A stretch of 49,769 bases of DNA, filler included, from Candidatus Lindowbacteria bacterium RIFCSPLOWO2_12_FULL_62_27 (GTDB taxonomy: Bacteria; Lindowbacteria; 2-12-FULL-62-27): assembly GCA_001784175.1 (NCBI GenBank). It is 3 parts of 3 records of this genome, joined end to end, with 100 filler letters (N's around TTAATTAATTAA, not from the genome) between each part and the next. Parts side by side here need not be neighbours in the genome. Positions count along the whole stretch, not along the records: positions 24,059 to 38,149 come from MFPR01000040.1; positions 38,250 to 49,769 come from MFPR01000042.1; 1 more part is not named here. One strand, written 5' to 3'. A program made the translations under genes and the position numbers. Below are positions 27,001-39,157 of the stretch, piece by piece (the stretch's first letter is position 1; every line of letters begins with the position of its first letter). The notes beneath the pieces were generated by a model. That model was not told the DNA's origin, ran no database searches, and was given only the letters and a program-made list of their open reading frames with translations.

Positions 27001-30000
27001 TCAGGGCGAGACGTTCGCGATCACGATCTACGCTTTCAACGAAGACAGCGGCATTTTGCGGTCGTTCACGTCGACCGCGAGCCTCTCCGGCTGTAGTCCG
27101 GCGATCACGGGCAGTTTCGAGACCGGTGTGCGGACGGAGTCGGTGTCGGTGAGCGGCACGGGAACGCTCACGATCACCGTGACGAGCGGCGGCAAAACGG
27201 GAAGTGTGCAGGTGCGCTCGATCGACACGGGCGCGCGTCTATTCGACGACTTCAACAACGGCGTGGACCCGAACGAATTCGGCGGCGGCAATTTCACCTG
27301 GGGGTCGTTCACCACCGCCTACCATGCAGACGTCACGTATGCCGGGTTATATTCGCAGAAGATGACCTATTCGACCGCCGCCGGCGGCGGATTTTTGATG
27401 TCTTTTGCCGCGGGCGACTCGAACGTGCGCCCGTACACGCATCTGTCCTTCTGGATGCGCGGCGACTTTGGCTACGAGACGGCCGCGAATCTCCGGATCG
27501 CGCTGAAGGACGCGACGGGCCTGGAGCTGTTCCAGTCGTATTCGAATTACATGGACGTCGACACGGCCGCGTGGCGTTTGGCGGTCGTGCCGTTGAATCA
27601 TTTTGCCGTGGACACGAGCCGGATGGACAACTTCAATATGCAGTTTGCCGGCACGCCGCTGAAATCGGGCGCCGGGTACATCGATGAGGTCTGGTTTCTG
27701 AAGAAGGACCCGGGGACGGACCACCTGGACGTGATCGCGGCGGACACCGTTTACGCGAGCGAGACGTTCACGCTGAAGGTGAAGGCGCACAACTACGGGC
27801 ACGGGATCGCGACGAGTTTCGCCGGGACGGCGTCGCTTGCGCTGAACACCGGCACGATCACGCCGGCGACGACGAACGCGCTCGGGACGGGTTCGGTCAC
27901 CGTCAGCGCGTACATCGCCGTGCCGGGAACGGCGACCATCACGGCGACGTCCGGGGCTTATTCCGGCACCCGGACGATTCAGGTGGTAGGCGGTCCGTTT
28001 GCGAAGTTTTCGTTGTGGACCGACACGACGTTCCGGACGGCGGGCACGCCGTTCGCGCTGACGATTACGGCGACGGACACGCACGGATTCCGCACGCGAT
28101 ACCTGTCGGATTCGGCGCGGTTGTCGACGACGTTTGGGACAGGCTCGATCCGGCCGGAGACCTCCGGGCTGTTCAACGGCGCTGAAACGGTGTCTGTCAC
28201 GGTGACGTGCACCGCATCCGGCAGTCTGAATCTGATCGCGACGGCGACGAACGGCGAGACGGGCGGTCTTCTGATCAGCTTCGCGCCCGATTCGACCGTG
28301 CTGACCCAGCCGGCGCTGACGACGACAGAAACGCAGCCCACGTTTGCGTGGTCGGCGGTGACGGGCGCTGACACCTATCATTTCCAGATCGACGACGACA
28401 CGACGTTCGCAACGCCGGTATACAGCGCCGACACGCTGACGGCGACGTCGTTCGCCTATCCCGCGGCGCTGGTGGCGAAGACCTACTACTGGCGGGTGCG
28501 CGCCGGCGAGCGGGATAACGGGCTGTGGAGCGGCTGGAGCGACACGCGGGCGCTGACGGTGGACACAGCGCCGCTGGTGAGTGTACTTTCGCCGGTGGAC
28601 ACGCACGAGACGAACGACACGACGCCGTCGTTTACGTGGAGCGGCAGGGCCGACACGTACGTTTTCCAGATTTCGCGGGTCGACACGTTTTCGCCGCTGA
28701 TCGACAGCAAGACCCAGAGCGGGACGAGCTACACGCCGTCGGGCAGCGTCTCGTATGCGGCCGACACCTATTTCTGGCGGATCGTGGCCGGCGACAGTTT
28801 GGGCAAGATCGACACAAGTCCCGCACGGTTTCTGATCGTGGACACTATCACGACGATCACGCTGACGGGGCCGGCCGACACGACGACCAGCGCCGATACG
28901 ACGCCGGCGTTTTCGTGGGCGGGCGACGGCGACACGTTTGTGTTTCAGATCGCGAAGGACACGGCATTCAGCAACGTCAGGGACACGAAAATAACAGCGG
29001 CGTTTTCGTACGCGCCGGACAGCGGCTATTCCGAGGACACGTATTTCTGGCGCGTTCTCGCGCTGGACATCGCCGGCAACGCGGACACCCCCGCGCACCG
29101 GATGGTTGTGATTGACACGCGCGCCACGGTTGCGCTGTCGACGCCGGGGGACTCGCACGAGACATCGGACACGACACCCGCGTTTACGTGGAGCGGCAGG
29201 GCGGACAGCTTTACATTCCAGGTTTCGCGCCTGACGACGTTCGACACGCTGATCGACAGCGCGACGCAGGCGGGGACAAGTTACACGCCGGCCGGAAGCG
29301 TCTGGTATGCGGCCGACACGTACTGGTGGCGCGTCGTCGCGAAAAACATTGCGGGGAATTTCGACACATCGTCGCGCTGGATGCTGGTGGTGGACACGAA
29401 GGTTGCGGTGACGTTGGCGTCGCCGGTGGACGGCGTTGTGAGCAACGACTCGACGCCTTCGTTTACGTGGACAAGCGACGGCGACACGTTTGTGTTTCAG
29501 ATCGCGCGGGACACGGCCTTTGGAAACGTGCGGGACACGAAGACGACGGCGGCGCTGTCCTATACGCCGGATACCGGATACGCCTATGACACCTACTTCT
29601 GGCGCGTCTTGGCGCTGGACATCGCGGGGAACGCGGAGACCGCCGCCTATCGGACGCTGGTGATCGATTCGCGCGTGTCGGTGACGCTGACGGGCCCGGG
29701 GGATTCGTATGAGACGAACGACACGACGCCGGCGTTCACGTGGGTCGGGACCGGCGACAGTTACACGTTTCAGATTTCCCGGAGCGAGACGTTCGCGACG
29801 ATCGCGGACAGCCAGATGGCGTCCGGGACCACGTACACGCCGTCGGGCGGCGTCTTCTACGCGGCAGACACATACTTTTGGCGGGTGATCGCGAAGAACA
29901 TCGCCGGCAACATGGACACAGCCGCGCGGCGGATGATCGTGGTGGACACGATCGTGAGTGTGACGCTGGAGAGTCCCGTGGATTCGGCCGTCGTGAGCGA

Positions 30001-33000
30001 CACGACGCCCACGCTGATCTGGACGAGCGACGGGGACACGTTCACGGTGCAGGTGTCGAAATCGGCCGCGTTCACGGCGCTGGTGGACAGCAAGACGACG
30101 ACCGCGTTGACGTACACGCCGTCGGGCGGATATGGCGCCGATACCCATTACTGGCGGATCGTTGCGACAGACGCGGCGGGCAACACGGACACGAGCGCGT
30201 ATCGAAAATTCGAGATCGACACGAGTTTGAGCGTGACATTGTCGAGCCCGGCCGATTCGACGGAGACGAACGACACGACGCCCACGTTTGCCTGGTCGGG
30301 CGACGCCGACACCTTCACGGTCCAGATTTCGAAATCCGAAACTTTCTCGGCGATCTTTGACAGCAAATCCGCGGCGGCATTGAATTATACGCCGTCGCCC
30401 GGCTACGCCGCCGACACCTATTTCTGGCGGGTGCTGGCGACGGACAGGGCCGGCAACGCCGACACGACCGCCTATCGGAAACTCGTCATCGACACGATCG
30501 TCACGGTGAGCCTGTCGAGTCCGGGAGATTCGGCGGAGACGAACGACACGACGCCGGCGTTTACGTGGAGCGGCACGGGCGACACGTACACGATTCAGGT
30601 TTCGAAGTCAGACACGTTCGACGGCATCGTTGACAGCAAGACGACCGCGACGACCGGTTACACGCCCTCGTCAGGGTATGTCGCCGACACGTACTTCTGG
30701 CGGGTGATCGCCGGCGACAAGGCCGGAAATCTGGACACGTCCGCGCGCCGCCGGTTCGTGGTCGACACGATCGTCGCCGTGAGTCTGCTCTTGCCGGCGG
30801 ATTCGACGGAGACGAACGACACGACGCCGGCGTTTACGTGGAGCGGGACCGGCGACACCTACACGATACAAGTCTCCCGGACGACAACCTTCGGCACGAT
30901 ACATGACAGCCGAACGGCGAGCGCGGCGAGTTACACGCCGCCTGCGGGGTACGTCGCGGACACGTACTTTTGGCGAGTCATCGCGTCGGATGACGCCGGC
31001 AACCATGAGACGTCGGCCTACCGGATGGTGGCCGTGGATACCGGCGTGACGGTGAACCTGTCGAGTCCTTCCGACACGTATCGAACGAACGACACGACGC
31101 CGGCGTTCGCGTGGACCGGCACGGGCGACACATACGTGGTTCAGACGTCGCGGACCGCCGCGTTTTCGACGATCTTCGACAGCAGGACGACTTCCGCTCT
31201 GAGTTATACGCCGTCCGGCAGCGTCTATTATTTCGCGGACAGTTATTACTGGCGTGTGATCGCGCAGGATGACGCGGGGAACTACGAGACGGCGTCGGCG
31301 CGTGCGCTGATCGTTGACACGCTGGTGACGGTGAGCGCGAGCAGTCCCGCGGATTCATTGGAGACGCGGGACACGACCCCGACGTTCACGTGGACGGGCG
31401 ACGGCGATACCTACGTGCTTCATATCTCGAAGGCCGACACGTTCGAGCCGCTGTTCGATGGGCTGACGACGACGGGGCTGACATACACGCCGAGTCCCGG
31501 TTATGCGCCGGCAACGTACCACTGGCGGGTGATCGCGCTGGACGTTGCGGGCAATCAGGAGACGACGGCGGCCCGGCGGGTGATCGTCGACACTTCCGTG
31601 ACGGTGGGTTTGACGTCTCCCGCGGATTTGGCGGAGACAAACGACACGACGCCCGCGTTTACGTGGACGGGGGACGGAGACACGTATGTGGTGCAGGTAT
31701 CGAGGGAGGCGGGATTCGGGACAATCGCGGACAGCAAGACCACGATCGCGGCGACGTACACGCCGAGTCCGGGGTACGGAGCGGACACGTACTATTGGCG
31801 TGTCATCGCGAGTGACGATGCGGGGAACACGTCGGCGACGGGATACCGGACGCTGTACGTGGACACGGGCGTGACGGTGAGTCTGACGAGTCCGGCGGAC
31901 GGGCACGAGACGAAGAACGTGACGCCGGGATTCGCGTGGAGCGGGGACGCAGACACGTACGTGGTGCAGGTATCGAGGCAGACGAGTTTCGGGACAATCG
32001 CGGACAGCAAGACGACCAATGGGTTGACTTACGCGCCGGTAAGCGTGTATGCGGCGGACACGTACTACTGGCGTGTGATTGCGAGCGACGATGCGGGGAA
32101 CACGTCGACCGCGGGATATCGAGTGCTGGTGGTGGACACGAAGGTGAGCGTGAGCCAGTCGCTGCCGTTGGACGGTCACGAGACGCGGAACGTGACGGTG
32201 CGGTTCGAGTGGACGGGGGACGGGGATACGTACGTGGTGCAGGTATCGAAGCAGGCGACGTTCGGGACGGTGTATGACAGCCGGACGACGAGTGGGGCGA
32301 GTTACACGCCGTCAAGCGGGTATGCGCACGACACGTACTACTGGCGAGTGATCGCGAGCGACGATGCGGGCAACTACGAGACGACGGTGGCCCGCACCCT
32401 GACGATCGACACGAAGGTGAGCGTGAGTTTAACCGCGCCGGGGGACACGTACGAGACGAAGAACGTGACGGTGCAGTTTGTGTGGACGGGGGATGGAGAC
32501 ACGTACGAGGTGCAGGTTTCGAAGACGGCGGGATTCGGGACGATCCACGACAGCAAGACGACGACGGGCGTGAGTTACATGCCAGCGAGCGGATATCCGC
32601 AGGACACGTACTATTGGCGAGTGGTGGCGCGGGACGAAGCGGGGAACTTTGAGACGAGCGTGACGCGGGCGCTGGTGATCGACACGTCGGTGACGGTGAG
32701 CCTGACGAGTCCGGGGGACACGGCGGAGACGAACGACACAACGCCCGCGTTTGTGTGGAGCGGGACGGGGGACACGTACGTGATCCAGGTATCGAAGTTC
32801 AGCGCGTTCAGCGTTCTGTTTGACGCGTTGACGACAGGCGCAGTGACGTACACGCCGAGTGCGGGCTATGCGTCGGCGACATACTACTGGCGGGTGATCG
32901 CGCAGGACGACGCGGGGAACTACGAGACGGCGTCGGCGCGGTCGCTGATCGTGGACACTTCTGTGACGGCGAGTCTGACGACGCCGGCGGATTTGGCTAA

Positions 33001-36000
33001 GACGAACGACACGACGCCTGCGTTTACGTGGACGGGAGATGGAGACACGTACGTGGTGCAGGTATCGAAGGAGGCGGGCTTCGGGACGATCGCGGACAGC
33101 AGGACGGCGAACGGAGTGACGTACACGCCGAGTCCTGGGTACGGGGCGGACACGTACTATTGGCGGGTGATCGCGAGCGACGATGCGGGGAACACGACGG
33201 TGACGGGATACCGGACGTTGTACGTGGACACGGGAGTGACAGTGAGTTTGACGAGTCCGGTGGACGGGCACGAGACGAAGAACGTGACGCCGGGATTTGC
33301 GTGGAGCGGAGACGGGGACACCTACGAGGTGCAGGTATCGAAGCAGACGAGCTTCGGGACGATGGCGGACAGCAAGACGACGACGGGGCAGAGCTATGTG
33401 CCGGTGAGCGTCTATGCGGCGGACACGTACTACTGGCGAGTGATCGCGACGGACCAGGCGGGGAACACGACGGTGGCGGGATACCGGACGCTGGTGGTGG
33501 ACACGAAGGTAAGCGTGAGCCAGGCGGTGCCGTTGGACGGGCACGAGACGCGGAACGTGACGGTGCGGTTCGAGTGGACGGGGGATGGAGACACGTACGT
33601 GGTGCAGGTATCGAAGCAGGCGGGTTTTGGTGCGGTGTATGACAGCAAGACGACGGGGGTGACGAGCTACACGCCGTCGAGCGGGTATGGGCACGACACG
33701 TACTATTGGCGCGTGATCGCGCAGGACGACGCGGGGAACTACGAGACGACGTCGGCGCGTGCGCTGATGATCGACACGAAGGTGAGCGTGAGTTTAACGG
33801 CGCCGGGGGACACGTACGAGACGAAGAACGTAACGGTGCAGTTTGTGTGGACGGGGGATGGGGACACGTACGAGGTGCAGGTCTCGAAGACGGCGGGATT
33901 CGGGACGATCCACGACAGCAAGACGACGCCGGGCGTGAGTTACACACCGGCGAGCGGATATGCGCAGGACACGTACTTTTGGCGGGTGATTGCGCGGGAC
34001 GAAGCGGGGAACTTTGAGACGAGCGTGACGCGTGCGCTGGTGATCGACACGTCTGTGACGGTGAGTCTGACGAGTCCGGGGGACACGGCGGAGACGAACG
34101 ACACGACGCCGGCATTCACGTGGACGGGGACCGGTGACACATACACGATCCAGGTATCGAAATTCAACACGTTCAGCGTTCTGTTTGACGCGGTGACGAC
34201 GGTGGCGTCGACGTACACGCCGAGTCCGGGGTACGGGCCGGCGACGTATTACTGGCGAGTGATCGCGTGGGACGACGCGGGGAACTACGAGACGGCGGAG
34301 GTCCGAACGCTGATCGTGGACACGAGCGTGAGCGCGAGTCTGACGAGTCCGGCGGACCTGGCGAAGACGAGCGACACGACGCCGGCGTTCACGTGGAGCG
34401 GGGACGGGGACACGTACGAGGTGCAGGTGTCGAAGCAGACGACATTCAGTACGATCACGGACAGCAAGACGGCGAACGGAGTGAGTTACACGCCGACGCC
34501 GGGATACGGCGCGGACACGTACTACTGGCGAGTGATCGCGCGGGACGACGCGGGGAACACGGCGGTGACGGGGTATCGAACGCTGTATGTGGACACGGGT
34601 GTAACGGTGAGTCTGACGAGTCCGTCGGATGGGCACGAGACGAAGAACGTGACGCCTGCGTTCACGTGGAGCGGAGACGGGGACACGTATGAGGCGCAGG
34701 TGTCGAAGCAGACGACATTCGGGACGATCTATGACAGCAAGACGACGAACGGAGTGAGTTACGCGCCGATCGGCGTATACGCGGCGGACACCTACTACTG
34801 GCGGGTGATCGCGTCGGACGCGGCCGGGAACACGACGACGGCGGCATACCGGACGCTGGTGGTGGACACGAAGGTGAGCGTAAGCCAGACGCTGCCGTTG
34901 GACGGCCACGAAACGAAGAACTTGGCGGTGCAGTTTGAGTGGAACGGCGACGGAGACACGTACGAGGTGCAGGTGTCGAAACAGACGACCTTCGGAACGA
35001 TCCACGACAGCAAGACGACAACAGGCGCGAGCTACACGCCCGGGAGCGGATACGCGCACGACACGTATTATTGGCGGGTGATTGCGCGGGACGACGCGGG
35101 GAACTACGAGACGACGACGGCGCGGACGCTGACGATCGACACGAAGGTAAGCGTGAGTCTGACGGCGCCGGGGGACACGTACGAGACGAAGAACGTGACG
35201 GTGCAACTGGTGTGGAGCGGGGATGGGGACACATACGAGGTGCAGGTATCGAAGGCGGCGGCGTTCGGGACGATCCACGACAGCAAGACGACGACGGGGG
35301 TGAGTTACACGCCGGCGAGCGGATACCCGCAGGACACGTACTATTGGCGGGTGATTGCGCGGGATGACGCGGGGAACTACGAGACGAGCGCGATACGAGC
35401 GCTGGTGATCGACACCCTCGTGACGGTGAGCCTGACGAGTCCGGCGGACACGGCGACGACGAACGACACGACGCCTTCGTTTGTGTGGACGGGGACCGGG
35501 GACACGTACACGATCCAAGTATCGAGGTTCAGCACGTTCAGTGTTCTGTTTGACGCGGTGACTGGTTCGTCCCAGAACTACACACCGACCGGATATCCTC
35601 AGGACACATACTATTGGCGGGTCGTTGCGTGGGATGACGCCGCCAACTATGAGACGACGGCCTCCAGAAAACTGATCATTGATACGGATGTGGCCGTCAC
35701 CCAGAGCAATCCTTCGCATCTCTACAAAACAGGCGATACGACTCCGGCTTTTACATGGACCGGCGACGCCGACACGTACGTTTTTCAGATATCGACGAGC
35801 AACGCCTTCATCACGATTTATGACAGTCTGACAACGGCGGCGTTGACGTATACGCCCACGACCGGTTATCCGGTGGATACGTATTACTGGCGGATATCCG
35901 GAATCGACTTGTTGGCCAACCAGGAGACGACGTCGGCCCGCACACTCTTTGTGGATACTGGGCTTACGGTGAACCTGGTCAGTCCGGAAGACACCTATAT

Positions 36001-38149
36001 CACGAACGACACGACTCCCACATTTGTGTGGAGCAGCAACGGCGATACCTTTCTCATTGAAATCAGCCGCAACTATAATTTCTCCACGATCTTCGACAGC
36101 AAGAATACGACAGGCACCACCACGTATACGCCGTCGACCGGATACACGTCCGATACGTATTACTGGCGGGTGGCGGTCGCCGACAATACCGGGAAGGCGG
36201 ACACCGCTCTGCCCTACGGCATCCCGCAGGTTCTGATCATCGATACGGCGCCGCCCGGCGCTCCAACGCTGACCGCGCCTGCCGATTCAAATCAAACGAA
36301 GAACAAAACGCCCGCCTTTACGTGGTCGGGAGATGCCGACACCTATGTCATCGAGATTTCAAAAAGTTATTCGTTCGGCTCGACCGTTTACGCGGAAACC
36401 ACCCTGGCGACGATCACTTCCTCGGCCTCATTCACCCAAGACACCTATTACTGGCGTGTCAGGGGATACGACCACGCGCGCAATGCCGGACCCTCCAGTG
36501 AGACCCGAACCCTACATATTGATACGCAGCTCAGCGTGACACTCTTGACGCCGGCGGAATTGACGGAGACGAACGACACGACGCCGGCATTCGCGTGGAG
36601 CGGCGACGGGGAGACGTATACGTTTCTGCTGTCAAAGACCGTTACGTTCAGCGCCATTTACGACAGCAAGACTACGGCGGCATCGACGTACGCCCCGGAT
36701 ACGGGTTACCCGACGGATACGTATTACTGGCGCGTGAACGCTCAGGACCGGGCGGGGAATTCAGAGACAACCTCCATTCGCAGTGTATGGGTGGACACGG
36801 GGGTATCAGTGAGTTTGACGTTGCCGGCGGACGGGCATGAGACGAGGAACGCGACGGTGCAGATGGCATGGAGCGGAGACGCGGACACGTACGAGGTGCA
36901 GGTATCGAAGGATACGGGGTTCGGAACGATCTACGACAGCAGGACGACGACGGCATTGAGTTACACGCCGGCGAGCGTGTACCCGCAGGACACGTACTGG
37001 TGGCGTGTGACGGCGCGGGACGATGCGGGGAACCAGGAGACGACGGGGTACCGGAGGCTGATGGTGGACACGACGGTGACGGTGAGCCAGACGAGCCCGT
37101 CTGACACGGCGGAGACGAACGACACGACGCCGGCGTTCACATGGGCGGGTACGGGAGACACGTACGTGGTGCAGGTCTCGAATCTGGCGACGTTTGCGAC
37201 GATCTTGGACGTGGCGACGACGACGAGCGCGACGTACACGCCAAGTCCGGGGTACGGGCCGGGCCTGTATTACTGGCGAGTGGTGGGGTGGGACGATGCG
37301 GGGAACTACGAGACGACGGCGACGCGAGTGGTGACGGTGGACACGAAGGTGAGCGTGAGTTTGAGCAGTCCGGTGGACACGGCGGAGACGAACGACACGA
37401 CGCCGACGTTTACGTGGACGGGAGACGGAGAGACGTACGTGGTGCAGGTATCGACGAGCGCGGGATTCGGGACGATTTACGACAGCAAGGCGACGGGGGG
37501 ACTGACGTACACGCCGAGTCCGGGGTACGCGACGGACACGTACTATTGGCGCGTGGTGGTGAACGACACGGCGGGGAACTACGAGACGGCGTCGTCGCGG
37601 CGGTTGAAGATCGATTTGGGAGTGAACGTGAGTTTGACGAGTCCAGTGGACGGGCATGAGACGAAGAACGTGATCCCGACGTTTGAATGGAGCGGAGACG
37701 GGGACACATACACGATCCAGATATCGAAGTCGAGCGCGTTTGCGACGATCCATGACAGCGTGACGACGACGGGATTGAGTTACACGCCGGCGAGCATCTA
37801 CCCGGCGGACACATACTACTGGCGTGTGAGCGCACAGGACAACGCTGGGAACAGCAACACGGCGACTTCACGGACGCTGTACATGGACACGATCGTGAGT
37901 GTGAGTTTGGCGGGACCCGGGGATGGGCATGAGACGAAGAACACGACGCCGACGTTCGTGTGGGCGGGAGACGGTGACACGTATGTGGTGCAGGTGACGA
38001 AGCAGGGGACGCTGTATGACAGCAAGACGACGACCTCGCTGAGCTACACGCCGTCGGCGGTGTATCCGACGGACACGTACCAGTGGCGTGTGATCGCGCA
38101 GGACGACGCGGGGAACTACGAGACGACGGGGTACCGGAGCGTGTGGGTG
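24059..38149 (+). CDS. Giant secreted/surface protein fragment (at least 4697 aa): five CBM11/CIA30-like + Ig-like modules, then about 36 FN3-like repeats; both ends missing
   Basis: Single uninterrupted frame across the whole contig. Recurring L.FW..G / WRR..IPL..F / YIDDI.F modules, then about 91-aa units P.F.W.GDGDTY.VQVS...F....DS.T...SYTP...Y..DTYYWRV.A.D.AGN. Confidence 0.88.
28292..38149 (+). repeat. Coding tandem array of about 36 units of about 273 bp, including a 1365-bp x3 higher-order repeat (31595-about 35690)
   Basis: 36 W-R motif units counted in the translation. Units at 31595 and 32960 align at 1365 bp, and antisense shadow ORFs recur at 32374/33739/35104 with the same period. 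Confidence 0.9.
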
Positions 38150-38249
38150 NNNNNNNNNNNNNNNNNNNNNNNNNNNNNNNNNNNNNNNNNNNNTTAATTA
38201 ATTAANNNNNNNNNNNNNNNNNNNNNNNNNNNNNNNNNNNNNNNNNNNN
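38150..38249. other. Artificial contig spacer (N run, TTAATTAATTAA, N run)
   Basis: Same 100-nt linker design as 23959-24058. Confidence 0.97.
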
Positions 38250-39032
38250 GCTGTCCTTGCGGATCAACCCGACGTCGGACTGACCTTCCACGGCGAGGAC
38301 GTTCTTATTTCCGGCCGCCATTCCGAGGAGGAACAGTGGGTCAAATCAGCCCGCGAAAAAGTCCGCAACGCCATCGAAACCACCGGCACCCCGCCCCTGA
38401 GCGAAATGCTGGACCTGGCCCACGGCGAGGGCCTGTGCCACAATGAGACCTCCTTCCGAAAATCCCACGAGATCCTCGATCATGTTATCGAACAGCATCC
38501 CAAAAATGCCCGGGCCTGGAATATCCTCGGTCTTGTGCGGTGGAACGAAAGCGACCTCCCCGGCGCCGAACGCGCATTCCGGAAAGCCATGTCCCTCGAT
38601 CCGGACACCCGCGTCCATCGGGCGAATCTCGGCCATGTCCTTCACGAAATGGGCCGCCCAGAGGATGCCATCCACATCCTTCGCGCCGCCCACACCCGAT
38701 GGCCCGATTATCCCTGTGCCGCCGAACTCTACGCCCGCTCTCTCGAAGCAGCCGGTCAGTATCAAGAGTCGCACGCCGTCCGGACAAAAACCATTGGCAC
38801 ATTCTGTCCGAACGGCGTCATCCCAGCCGGCATCCACCGATATGATATCGCCTGGTTGCTCCGCCTCTACGAAGGCATCGGCGACTCCGCCAAGGTTGAC
38901 GAGTTGTACAAACACAAAAACCTCAGCGCCACTCCGCCGACCGACTCCTCCGCCCAGCCGTACCGCGAGGCCTTGCTGGCCGGCCCGGAATCGCCGGCGC
39001 GCCGACCGGGCAGGCGGTGCAGGGACGGCTGA
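38250..39032 (+). CDS. Tetratricopeptide-repeat protein, probably 5'-truncated
   Basis: The frame is open from the contig start. TPR-like HPKNARAWNILG...AERAFRKAMSLDP...RANLGHVL...GRPEDAI. Confidence 0.65.
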   Translation, partial: AVLADQPDVGLTFHGEDVLISGRHSEEEQWVKSAREKVRNAIETTGTPPLSEMLDLAHGEGLCHNETSFRKSHEILDHVIEQHPKNARAWNILGLVRWNESDLPGAERAFRKAMSLDPDTRVHRANLGHVLHEMGRPEDAIHILRAAHTRWPDYPCAAELYARSLEAAGQYQESHAVRTKTIGTFCPNGVIPAGIHRYDIAWLLRLYEGIGDSAKVDELYKHKNLSATPPTDSSAQPYREALLAGPESPARRPGRRCRDG

Positions 39033-39065
39033 TGCCATGAAACAGGGGTCGGTCAAATTCCTCCC

Positions 39066-39094
39066 TTGTCAGCTTCTCTTTTCAAAAGTAGTCT
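39066..39094 (+). promoter_or_regulatory. Putative sigma70 promoter of the defence operon
   Basis: TTGTCA-17 bp-TAGTCT, followed by GGAGG RBS (39143-39147) and ATG 39158. Confidence 0.5.
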
Positions 39095-39157
39095 GTGCTT
39101 TACTGAGAGGGGATATCGAATAGCGTGGGCTATTCACAGCATGGAGGATTTTATTTG

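Noticed and set aside
27347-37871. Many long minus-strand and alternative-frame ORFs inside the giant gene
   Set aside because: These are by-products of biased codon use in a repetitive GC-rich gene, and they recur with the repeat period.
28292-38149. Regularly spaced DNA repeats as a CRISPR array or DGR template/variable repeats
   Set aside because: The period is about 273 bp, in frame and protein-coding. There are no unique spacers, no cas or reverse transcriptase gene, and no evident adenine-specific variation.
39033-39157. LexA box upstream of the defence operon
   Set aside because: Neither CTGT-N8-ACAG nor GAAC-N4-GTTC is present. A lineage-specific box cannot be excluded.
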